Part shown: piece by piece, positions 56,384-64,000 of the stretch | Layout: every line of letters starts with the position of its first letter | Position numbering within the stretch: position 1 is the first letter of the stretch | IMG/VR virus record: IMGVR_UViG_3300035698_010612 | Location: 3,252 to 67,251 of that record | Length of the DNA stretch: 64,000 bases | Source of the DNA: a virus | Reading direction: 5' to 3' (one strand) | Program-made: the position numbers and the translations under genes | Notes under the pieces: model-generated | Told to the model about the DNA's origin: nothing | Databases searched by the model: none | The model's input: the letters and a program-made list of their open reading frames with translations, nothing else

Positions 56384-56703
56384 TATTTATCCACCCATTG
56401 ATAATTATTAGCGTAGGTTGATACTCTCAGTACACCATTCTCTTTTGGATCAAGCAGTATATATCTGTATGGATCTACACCATCAAAAACCATCGGGAAC
56501 ATTCCACCCATTCCACCCTCTCCCGAATATAGCAGTTTACCATTATGATAAATTTCTACCCTGACGATAGGTGCTATTGTTTCTATCCCTTCTTGGTATC
56601 CTGTATTATAACCCTCTATGTATCTTGTATTACAACCACCCGAAAAGTAAGCGATACCAATTGCCAATAAAATAATTATTGCAATTATTGTTTTGCCCAT
56701 CAC
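56383..56703 (-). CDS. Hypothetical membrane-anchored protein
   Basis: N-terminal hydrophobic helix; GY..GY..G repeats. Confidence 0.6.
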   Translation of the reverse strand: MMGKTIIAIIILLAIGIAYFSGGCNTRYIEGYNTGYQEGIETIAPIVRVEIYHNGKLLYSGEGGMGGMFPMVFDGVDPYRYILLDPKENGVLRVSTYANNYQWVDK

Positions 56704-56810
56704 GTCCTCAGTTCCCTGTTGTCAAACGTAGCTGTAAGCCCAGCAATGGTTACGGTCATGGTTGGTGCTTTTGGTTTAGGCATCTTTCTTCTCCTTAAAA
56801 TCTCATATTT

Positions 56811-57065
56811 TCAATGTGCTGGTGGTTTCTTCAACTCCTTAATCTCCTTCTCCAACTTCTTAACAATATCTTGGTAAATCAATTGTTCTGTCCTATATTT
56901 ACCTATTCTTCTCTCCAACTTAGTAATCCTGGCATCCTGCTTCACAATGGGACAGTCATCAGGGCAATCATTCATTCTTTCTTCTACGACCAAGTTAAGT
57001 CCCGCTGGACAACCCTGTGTCATTAACCCTGTGGCTTGGAAAAATTCACAATACTCTGGTTTCAT
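56811..57065 (-). CDS. Hypothetical protein
   Basis: Cys motif plus coiled coil; SD GGGAGG. Confidence 0.6.
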   Translation of the reverse strand: MKPEYCEFFQATGLMTQGCPAGLNLVVEERMNDCPDDCPIVKQDARITKLERRIGKYRTEQLIYQDIVKKLEKEIKELKKPPAH

Positions 57066-57075
57066 ATCTCCCTCC

Positions 57076-57270
57076 CTAAAAACAGTTTCCTTGTTCGAAT
57101 AGATAAAATGCTGTTCCACAAACACCTATTGCTATAGTAACACCTATAAGTATTTCTAACATACTCTGCAAGAAACTCTTCCAACTTCCTAGCAATAGTC
57201 TCAATGACACTAATGCACCACCAAATACACTTCCAAGAATCAAATACCCTACAATACATTGCCAGTTCAT
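57076..57270 (-). CDS. Small two-TM membrane protein
   Basis: Two hydrophobic segments; ATGA overlap. Confidence 0.55.
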   Translation of the reverse strand: MNWQCIVGYLILGSVFGGALVSLRLLLGSWKSFLQSMLEILIGVTIAIGVCGTAFYLFEQGNCF

Positions 57271-57497
57271 TTTTGTTCCTCCCCTATTATTCCATTTTCT
57301 GTTAATCCCCTATAACAGCCATCAAGTTCTTTTACCCAATCGGCATGAGGGTTCTTACACTCCCCCCTAGCAATATGAGCAAACTTATATATCATGGATA
57401 GCTTCTTCTCTGGTGGCGTTGTTATGTCCTCAAAGGTCAATCCTTCTATTGTTAAGAGTGCTTTATTTTTTATGTTCATCTCACTCCTTTCTAACAC
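57267..57497 (-). CDS. Hypothetical protein
   Basis: Small early gene. Confidence 0.55.
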   Translation of the reverse strand: MLERSEMNIKNKALLTIEGLTFEDITTPPEKKLSMIYKFAHIARGECKNPHADWVKELDGCYRGLTENGIIGEEQK

Positions 57498-57509
57498 CGT
57501 CTTTCCTCC

Positions 57510-57704
57510 CTAAATATCCTTTAAGTTTAGTTTGATGCGTTGCTTCTGTCCTTCTTTCAGGTTAGCTACAATGTAGCAATGCCTGGGGCTGCTTATCCAC
57601 TCCCCACCCTTATCTAACTTTGGTTCTTTGGTGTGTATCCACAAAGATTCATCATTCTTATCTCTTGCTATCCATATCGTTAGCATCTTTATCCTCCTTC
57701 TCAC
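57510..57704 (-). CDS. Hypothetical protein
   Basis: WIARDK motif. Confidence 0.55.
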   Translation of the reverse strand: MRRRIKMLTIWIARDKNDESLWIHTKEPKLDKGGEWISSPRHCYIVANLKEGQKQRIKLNLKDI

Positions 57705-57892
57705 CCTTGTCTGTCATCGGCTTTCCTTTGTTCCTCTGGGCTATCAATAGTCATGGTATATCCGCAGCATTTAGGCCATCCATTTCCAAGACATTGTTCA
57801 GAATCAATTTTAATGGTACGCCCACAGGTTCTACACCATACCCTGTCACGACTAAGACTTGGATGACTATTTGCTATTTTGTTATACATCAC
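57701..57892 (-). CDS. Small zinc-binding hypothetical protein
   Basis: CRTC...WPKCCG. Confidence 0.6.
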   Translation of the reverse strand: MMYNKIANSHPSLSRDRVWCRTCGRTIKIDSEQCLGNGWPKCCGYTMTIDSPEEQRKADDRQG

Positions 57893-57920
57893 TCCCCCAT
57901 CGGTAGGTGTAGGTTATGCC

Positions 57921-58088
57921 TCATGGATTAACCAGTTTCCCCTCTTCTATTGTCCAAGTATCTGTCTTGGAGTCATAGGTAACACCCTTGCATCGGTATA
58001 TGTCTTCTGCAATGCGGACTATAACATATTCATCCTTTTCAACAGAAGAAACGATTGCTAAATTTCTATACCCTTTTGCTACTGCCAT
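57921..58088 (-). CDS. Hypothetical 55-aa protein (not in ORF track)
   Basis: MAVAKGYRNLAIVSS...KLVNP; starts inside the 24-bp repeat. Confidence 0.55.
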   Translation of the reverse strand: MAVAKGYRNLAIVSSVEKDEYVIVRIAEDIYRCKGVTYDSKTDTWTIEEGKLVNP

Positions 58089-58103
58089 TTCACCACCCCA
58101 CTA

Positions 58104-58310
58104 TCAATCTGTTATCAATTCTCCTGTATGGATATCCAACCCTTTAGGCCACTTACAATGACGATGCCAATGTGAGAATACCCTTTTACACTTAGTACAC
58201 CATACCTCTTCATAATAATGCTGCAACCCGAATGGTAAAACCTCATCACAATAAGGACACCAATAATCTCTGTGTTCGTCTGCGTGTCTGTGGTTGATGT
58301 GTAGCATCAC
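58104..58310 (-). CDS. Small zinc-ribbon protein
   Basis: CPYC...CTKC. Confidence 0.6.
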   Translation of the reverse strand: MMLHINHRHADEHRDYWCPYCDEVLPFGLQHYYEEVWCTKCKRVFSHWHRHCKWPKGLDIHTGELITD

Positions 58311-58338
58311 TCCCCCATCGGTAGGTGTAGGTGGTTAT

Positions 58339-58554
58339 TTATCGCTTAAAAAAGGTGCGTCTTAACGTAGGGTCTATGGACAACTTTTCTTCAATGACAT
58401 CTATAGAGTCTCTTTTAAAATCTATAATACATTTACCACACTGCATTTCACCATCATCACCGTATAACGATGAAATAGGACAACCATGATGAAGCCACAA
58501 TAGATACCTCAATCTCATATTTCTTTTGTTTAGTTCTTCAATCCCTTTATCCAT
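58339..58554 (-). CDS. Hypothetical protein
   Basis: HGC...LYGDDGEMQC..C..DF motif. Confidence 0.6.
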   Translation of the reverse strand: MDKGIEELNKRNMRLRYLLWLHHGCPISSLYGDDGEMQCGKCIIDFKRDSIDVIEEKLSIDPTLRRTFFKR

Positions 58555-58594
58555 TTCACCACCCCACTATCAATGTTATCGGTTGTACCCGAAA

Positions 58595-59014
58595 CTACTC
58601 TTTTGCATTTATATAGAAACTAATATTTTGCGAAAAGGTTCCAAGTTTTTCTATGAGTCTTTTTTCAAACTCCTTATTGTCAACTACTTCTGTTTTAAAC
58701 GCCTTCGCAATAATCGCAGTTAGCTTCCCCTTCTTCTTTTCTGCTTCTTTTGTAATTGCTTCTTTAAGCATTGGTTTTAATGCTGCATCTACAGCCGACT
58801 CAAAAAAGGTTGGTTTCTCGCTGTCGTATGAATGTTGCTTGGGTGGTCGCAAAAACAATACCGCCTCTATAATGCCATTGAGAACATCCGGTTCTTTGAG
58901 CATTACTTTCGCAACTTCTGCTGTTAGAATATCTCTGACGCTTTTTTCACCTAGCTTAACCTCTGTTGTTACTACACTACTGCTATTAACTACATTATCC
59001 TCTTTTTTGTCCAT
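58595..59014 (-). CDS. Hypothetical protein
   Basis: SD AGGAGG. Confidence 0.65.
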   Translation of the reverse strand: MDKKEDNVVNSSSVVTTEVKLGEKSVRDILTAEVAKVMLKEPDVLNGIIEAVLFLRPPKQHSYDSEKPTFFESAVDAALKPMLKEAITKEAEKKKGKLTAIIAKAFKTEVVDNKEFEKRLIEKLGTFSQNISFYINAKE

Positions 59015-59141
59015 TTTTCTCCTCCTTTGATTAGAATAATAAATAGAACAAGCACATCGGTTGTACCCATACCCCCAAGGCAACTACATCTCACTTGCCT
59101 TATTTACACCAGCCATGTTTAGTTCTCCTTGTTTAATTGGT

Positions 59142-59825
59142 TTATGCTGCCCTGCTAGAAACCGTTCTGTTGTTTACTACTTTCACCCCAGGTATGTCTA
59201 TCCCCCCATCGTTTGCCTTGACAGCGGCATCAAGCAGTTTCTGGCTTGGGATAAGGTACGGTCTTGGAACTTTGCTCGCATCTATAACTACCGCTGTAAA
59301 ATTGTCGATATATGATATGCCCTTCGGGGTTTCCTGTTTGGAGAGAACGGGAACCGGATCGGGGATTACCTCGTCTTTCCGTTCCCTGATTTCTTCTGCC
59401 TTCTCTGCCTTGCCTTTGGCTTCCCACTTCTCCGCCTGTTTCTCTAACCGTTCTCTTTCCCGCCTTGCCTTGTTGTCTGCTTCCCTTTGCAACCTGTCTT
59501 GTGCATCCTTTCTTATTTTCTCTTGCCTTATGTCAAATTCATTCATTAATGATTTAAGGAACTTCTCTGCTTTGGTCAGGCTATCGGTGGCGGGTCTTAG
59601 CGAATCCATAATCCGTTTTTTGCTTAAGTCTAACGGATCGGTCAGGGACTTTCTGAACTCGGTAACGGTTTTTAATTTTTTCTTGATTGCCTTCGTCTGT
59701 TCGGAAGCGATCTCACATTGCTCAAAGGTTTTAACAACGAGGGAGTTTGCAGTCGATACCATAATGGCAACATCGGTTTCCACTTCTTGAATTTTGCTTG
59801 TGTCTATTGTTAAATTTTCACTCAT
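59142..59825 (-). CDS. Coiled-coil recombination-module protein (Gp157/Gam-like C-terminus)
   Basis: KVPRPYL.P...IPGVKV; adjacent to exonuclease. Confidence 0.55.
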   Translation of the reverse strand: MSENLTIDTSKIQEVETDVAIMVSTANSLVVKTFEQCEIASEQTKAIKKKLKTVTEFRKSLTDPLDLSKKRIMDSLRPATDSLTKAEKFLKSLMNEFDIRQEKIRKDAQDRLQREADNKARRERERLEKQAEKWEAKGKAEKAEEIRERKDEVIPDPVPVLSKQETPKGISYIDNFTAVVIDASKVPRPYLIPSQKLLDAAVKANDGGIDIPGVKVVNNRTVSSRAA

Positions 59826-60406
59826 GATATATCCTCCATAATGTTAGCAACGGTTATGCAAGCTATGAACTTTGAAATGTCAGTCTTGCCTTTGTAGGTT
59901 ACTTTTTTATAAGTGCCGTTCTCAAACAACCAAACGGCTACCCTCTGTTTAATCTTTTCCTTGGATGCCAATTCGTAACCCCCAAGCTGTATGCCTGTTT
60001 TATATTCTGTCTTTTTATTTTTCACCCCCGTCTTAAGATCAAGCAATGTTGACATATCTTCTAATAGCCCAAACCGATCACGTCTTCCGGCATACATATA
60101 TTTTTTTGAGGCTACTATCTGTTCAATGTCAATTATTTGAAAATTGGTTTCCCGCAGGAACTTTTGCCAAGCAGCCAGATGGGGCAGTAAGGCGGGGTCA
60201 AGGCTGTCCATATTAAGATCATCCCGGTCATACAGTGCGGTCATATCATGGACGGCTGTACCGAAAGCACTCGCCCTTTTCCATACATCGTCTGAACAAT
60301 AATGTTGTTCAGTTCCCAGTGCTTCATCAATGATCTGAGTAACTCCCTTAACCTTGATGCCGTCCAGGAAATATTCGTGATCTTTGTCGAAATACTCTAC
60401 TTTCAT
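59822..60406 (-). CDS. PD-(D/E)xK exonuclease
   Basis: HEY, GVTQI, GTAVH, YAGRRD, LDLKTG, QL..Y. Confidence 0.8.
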   Translation of the reverse strand: MKVEYFDKDHEYFLDGIKVKGVTQIIDEALGTEQHYCSDDVWKRASAFGTAVHDMTALYDRDDLNMDSLDPALLPHLAAWQKFLRETNFQIIDIEQIVASKKYMYAGRRDRFGLLEDMSTLLDLKTGVKNKKTEYKTGIQLGGYELASKEKIKQRVAVWLFENGTYKKVTYKGKTDISKFIACITVANIMEDIS

Positions 60407-61344
60407 TGTGGTATTTCCTCGTCAGTCCATTCCGGGATATCATCGAGCGGGTCTTTCTTTGGCTGGTTGAACCCTGCCGCTTCCCAAGCCTCTTTAGCTT
60501 TGCCGTAGGTGGATTTCAGCCACTTGCCATTTAGCTTGTCTATTGAATCCCTTCCTGGAATCTCTTTCTTTTCTTTGTTGGTGAAAGAGGAATACTTGTA
60601 AACAAGGTCGCTGATACTTTCTCCATCACTTTTCAAGTCGTTCAGTATTCCTTCAAGTTTTGCCCTAAGTGCAACATCTTCATCACCATCGGCAGTGTTA
60701 GCTGATTTTGACTCCGGTGGTTTGACTTCCGGCTTCCCGGCAGCAGGTTTATTCCCACCATTCACGATCTCGGTTGGCATATCATCAAGATCTTGTGTAA
60801 AGATATCACTTGCAGCAGTAGCGGTAAGAACAGCGTCCACCAATGCCCTCTTTTTTGCCATTTTCAAAACGGTGTTAGCAACATCGGCAATGTTAGTTCT
60901 GATTTGTTTGACTTGATAGTCTGGCTTGTTATACTTCCCCTTTTTCCACTTCTCCCGCCGCCTATCTTCTAGCGTAGATTCAAATTCTTTGTTGTTAAAT
61001 GCTTTTCTCCACTTGTATTTATCTTCATCTGACGAACATTCACCGATGCCAGAACCAACAAATACCCCCTGGTAATTGAGCAGATTGACAATAATGCTAT
61101 ACCGCCTTTCATCAGAAGACGATAAATCCTCTTTGTGGATCTCCGGCACAAGCCTAAACGTACTCATTATCTTCTCTGCCCCAGGCTTTAATAGCGAGGG
61201 TTTATCCCCACACCCAGGGACAATTCCATAGTGTGTATCTTTTATCATTACTTCCTTCATTACCTGTTGGATCAAGTTGACCTGTGCCTTAACATCAGCA
61301 ACGGTCAACTGCCCTTCTTCTCTTAATTCTAATGCTTGTTCCAT
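60403..61344 (-). CDS. Putative single-strand annealing recombinase
   Basis: KPSLLKPGAEKI, NTVLKMAKKRALVDA, SDIFTQD; next to exonuclease. Confidence 0.6.
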   Translation of the reverse strand: MEQALELREEGQLTVADVKAQVNLIQQVMKEVMIKDTHYGIVPGCGDKPSLLKPGAEKIMSTFRLVPEIHKEDLSSSDERRYSIIVNLLNYQGVFVGSGIGECSSDEDKYKWRKAFNNKEFESTLEDRRREKWKKGKYNKPDYQVKQIRTNIADVANTVLKMAKKRALVDAVLTATAASDIFTQDLDDMPTEIVNGGNKPAAGKPEVKPPESKSANTADGDEDVALRAKLEGILNDLKSDGESISDLVYKYSSFTNKEKKEIPGRDSIDKLNGKWLKSTYGKAKEAWEAAGFNQPKKDPLDDIPEWTDEEIPQ

Positions 61345-61491
61345 AATGCTACCCCCTTTCTATTATCTTTTTAATAAATTCCAACGCAGCCTCTCTTCCA
61401 TTCACAGCCAGTAATATAGCTGCCATTCTGACCTGAATCGGTGTTGCGTTTGCTTCCCTCAGTGCTTTTTTGAGTTTTTTCTTGTCCATTC

Positions 61492-61689
61492 CTATCCCCA
61501 CCCCATATATCCCCACCATTGCCTGGTGAACAACAAAAAGGCGAGGAAGGTTACGATTATTATTGTGAGTACATAAACAACCTGGTAAGTCCTGTCTATG
61601 TCACTTTCCGGCTGTTCCAAAACTACCGAGTGCCGGACTTCCCTAACTGGCATCAGCTTTGACATGAGTTTCATGATTGCGTCTTTCAT
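61492..61689 (-). CDS. Small membrane protein
   Basis: C-terminal TM helix. Confidence 0.55.
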   Translation of the reverse strand: MKDAIMKLMSKLMPVREVRHSVVLEQPESDIDRTYQVVYVLTIIIVTFLAFLLFTRQWWGYMGWG

Positions 61690-61925
61690 TTCTTGCCCCC
61701 CGTATCAGTTGGATATTGCTAATATACTTTCTCATATCCCTGCCCCTTCGATATTCCCGCAACTGTTTGTCTAACACCTTTGTTAATTTTCCAATTTGAT
61801 CCGCTGTTGCAAATATATTATTTCCCAAAATATCACCCCCTTTACCAGATGCCACCCATACCCGCTCTGGATTTTTCGTTGCGGGTTCCACCCTTAGTCC
61901 CTGGCAATGCCAGAAAGCCTTTTTG

Positions 61926-62126
61926 TTAAAATTCATCAAGCAAGTCATTTTTGTGTAGTGCTTCTTCAAAGCTTTGCATTACTTTTAAAGCATCATTTAG
62001 TGCGTTTAGCTGGAATTTATCTTCAAGCACTTCTTCTGGTTTAATATAACCCTCATTAATGTCATACCAAAACCCAGCACTACTACCCTGTGAATCTGCC
62101 TCTGGTTTAAATTTCCAATCAATCAT
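61926..62126 (-). CDS. Hypothetical protein
   Basis: FWYDI.EGYIKPE. Confidence 0.6.
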   Translation of the reverse strand: MIDWKFKPEADSQGSSAGFWYDINEGYIKPEEVLEDKFQLNALNDALKVMQSFEEALHKNDLLDEF

Positions 62127-62202
62127 CTCTATCCCCTTTTGGCAGGGAGAATGCTTTGGTTAGAAAGGGCATTAATAACCTGACATCCCCCCTGCCGTTG
62201 GT

Positions 62203-62421
62203 TTAACCGAAGTCATTAATAAACTCTCTCATTTCCGATACTGGTTTTAACTTGCCCGCCAGAAGTAACCCCATGCCTAATTCTATGGCTGGATGATTCC
62301 TTGTTTCGTCATGTTTCCCCATATCAGATGCCATAGAAGCCCATGCTTGATTCGCGTCACCCATATCACAATATTCTAATGCTCTTTTTTTACACCACCC
62401 TAAATGTTCTTCCCTTGTCAT
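62203..62421 (-). CDS. Hypothetical protein
   Basis: MTREEHL.WCKKRALEY; SD GGAGG. Confidence 0.65.
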   Translation of the reverse strand: MTREEHLGWCKKRALEYCDMGDANQAWASMASDMGKHDETRNHPAIELGMGLLLAGKLKPVSEMREFINDFG

Positions 62422-62436
62422 AGCTACCTCCCTGGT

Positions 62437-62652
62437 TTATGGCCCTTGTTCTGATACTACCTTTCTACCGTTTGCCAGCAACTCAAAACACTGTTCCCAT
62501 GTGCCGGCCTTGATGATCCCCACCTTTGACACATATAGTTCACAATATTCTTCCTCCCTACCCTCGGACGTAGTTGTAATGCCATATGTTACCGTTTGAT
62601 GTTCCCCTGGACGCTCTTTTTGCAATTTTGCCTTTGCTTCTTCCCATGTCAT
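62437..62652 (-). CDS. Hypothetical protein
   Basis: SD AGGAGG. Confidence 0.6.
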   Translation of the reverse strand: MTWEEAKAKLQKERPGEHQTVTYGITTTSEGREEEYCELYVSKVGIIKAGTWEQCFELLANGRKVVSEQGP

Positions 62653-63172
62653 AAGTTCCTCCTTTTAATGTTGAGGAAGAAGGTAGCCCCTCCTTAGGCT
62701 CTACCAAACCGTAAGCTACCGAGACTCCCCCATAATATTTCTTCACAAACTCCCTCCTTAACCTCTGGATGAGGGATAAGCTGTTGTCTTTAGGATGATG
62801 GGCATATTCCACACAACAATTTCCATCACCACTACCCCCTAACACACACCTTTCACCATCCTTTTCACATTTCATATTTGCTGTGATTACACCATCGTTG
62901 TAGTATAAGCAAAGTCCACAACATTCGGCAGGACAATCATATTTGGCATCACCACAGGTTAGCTCAATCCCACTCTCGTGCTGGTATTCATGCCTTGCAA
63001 TGGATAGGAGATGACAATCTTGTAGCAACCTTTCTTTTTCTTGCTCCACGCCCAACCTCACGTTAAACCAATTCTTTATGTATCCATAACCATCTTTCTT
63101 TATCCAATCCTTAAATACTTCTTTTAATGATTCATCACCACTTTTTAACTCAACACCATACTCTTTATTCAT
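62558..63172 (-). CDS. Cys-rich hypothetical protein
   Basis: SD AGGAG; Cys-rich core; 3' end overlaps next gene. Confidence 0.55.
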   Translation of the reverse strand: MNKEYGVELKSGDESLKEVFKDWIKKDGYGYIKNWFNVRLGVEQEKERLLQDCHLLSIARHEYQHESGIELTCGDAKYDCPAECCGLCLYYNDGVITANMKCEKDGERCVLGGSGDGNCCVEYAHHPKDNSLSLIQRLRREFVKKYYGGVSVAYGLVEPKEGLPSSSTLKGGTYDMGRSKGKIAKRASRGTSNGNIWHYNYVRG

Positions 63173-63203
63173 TTCATCTCCTTTTAAGCGTAAAATTCCT
63201 GTT

Positions 63204-63350
63204 ATGGGGTGGGAAGGATTCTACGTTAGGCTTAGCGGACTGTCTCACCGATTTATGATCTTTCGACCAGAAAGTGATCTTTCGATCTCTTTACCTTGGT
63301 AGAAAAACAACCCACCCCCATTTTGGGCAACAACCTGCTACAGATTGCCC
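63204..63350 (-). ncRNA. Candidate structured RNA with two GAAA-tetraloop hairpins
   Basis: Nested GGGGUGGG/CCCACCCC and UUCUAC/GUAGAA stems enclosing GAUC-GAAA-GAUC and GGUC-GAAA-GAUC. Confidence 0.5.
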
Positions 63351-63477
63351 GCCCGCTTCAATCACCTGCTCTATACTCATCCGCGAAGGCCGCTACCCCT
63401 GGCTTGCTTTATGCCCGTCCGGAGACTGTCAGCTTGTGCAATGCTAGAAATTGACGCACCCAGCAGAAATTACAGGT

Positions 63478-64000
63478 TTATGTTTTCAAAGAGCCTGTAT
63501 TCAAAAAGTTTTGCAATTCTTCCTTTGTTAGCTTTCTGATAACCTTAATTTTAACAACCCTGAATTTTCCGTCTGAATTAAATGGCACAATTACATTACC
63601 CGCTTCAAATTCACATTCTATGTAGGTTTTACCAAGATCGTTGTTTGTATCTTTTAAACACCATTCCAACGTAGCTACGTTAATTCCAGCACCACATGAT
63701 TGCGTTTCGTCTGTGTTGGGTTCGTGGCACTCGTAAGTTTCACCCACTTCGTATTTGCAGTTTTGATAAGGGGAAGTGTTGCCGTTAAGATATTTGTATG
63801 CTCTTAACTTCGTTCCCTTGGGTTGATGTTTTAATATGGCAAGGTTGTCTCGGTATAATTTGGGATAGCAGTTTTTAGCCCCATAGAGATTAGCCCTAGA
63901 GAGATTAGCCCCAGAGAGATTAGCCTCAGAGAGATTAGCCCCATAGAGATTAGCCCTAGAGAGATTAGCCCCAGAGAGATTAGCCTCAGAGAGATTAGCC
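63478..64000 (-). CDS. Pentapeptide-repeat protein (5' end beyond window)
   Basis: ANL(S/Y)(E/G/R) repeats in frame with the 63478-63747 ORF. Confidence 0.85.
   Translation of the reverse strand, partial: ANLSEANLSGANLSRANLYGANLSEANLSGANLSRANLYGAKNCYPKLYRDNLAILKHQPKGTKLRAYKYLNGNTSPYQNCKYEVGETYECHEPNTDETQSCGAGINVATLEWCLKDTNNDLGKTYIECEFEAGNVIVPFNSDGKFRVVKIKVIRKLTKEELQNFLNTGSLKT
63876..64000. repeat. 15-bp tandem repeat with 60-bp higher-order period
   Basis: GAGATTAGCC-containing units. Confidence 0.95.

Larger units (their letters stand above)
57887..58574. repeat. Two interleaved gene-start repeats (28 bp x2, 24 bp x2)
   Basis: CATCACTCCCCCATCGGTAGGTGTAGGT at 57887 and 58305; CCATTTCACCACCCCACTATCAAT at 58085 and 58551. 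Confidence 0.92.

Noticed and set aside
59822-60406. Cas4 of a CRISPR system
   Set aside because: Lacks the four-Cys Fe-S pattern and sits in a phage recombination module
63271-63298. c-di-GMP-I riboswitch (GGUAAA-stem-GAAA)
   Set aside because: The downstream GACGCAAAG and P3 elements are absent
1-64000. Genome-wide stop codon reassignment
   Set aside because: Genes are intact under code 11 and TGA, TAG and TAA all end genes; only one internal TGA was found

Overview
The window is about 64 kb of a temperate long-tailed (siphovirus-like) bacteriophage. It is apparently in the free or excised form, because an intact attP carrying the 3' end of tmRNA lies at 54836-54866 next to a tyrosine integrase. 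The + strand carries replication and late-control genes (0.1-4 kb), lysis (4.4-6.5 kb), terminase and portal, a MuF/gp7 head protein with an endonuclease-bearing intein, a putative head-fibre module (13.9-22.4 kb), protease/scaffold, and capsid. It continues with a ~10 kb glycosyltransferase/methyltransferase/radical-SAM/sulfotransferase cluster between capsid and neck genes, then tail genes, a 1617-aa tape measure and tail-tip proteins (to 52.4 kb). The - strand carries att/integrase, many small early genes, recombination genes and a truncated pentapeptide-repeat gene. The most striking observations are: (1) at least 8 proteins in the virion operon carry Sec-type signal peptides, several also Cys-rich, suggesting exported, disulfide-bonded virion appendages; (2) a large candidate virion glycosylation/methylation/sulfation pathway; (3) an in-frame UGA followed by a SECIS-like hairpin in the first gene of that pathway; (4) repeat-delimited small-gene cassettes and a structured ncRNA candidate in the early region. 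All family assignments come from motif recognition by eye; no database searches were run.
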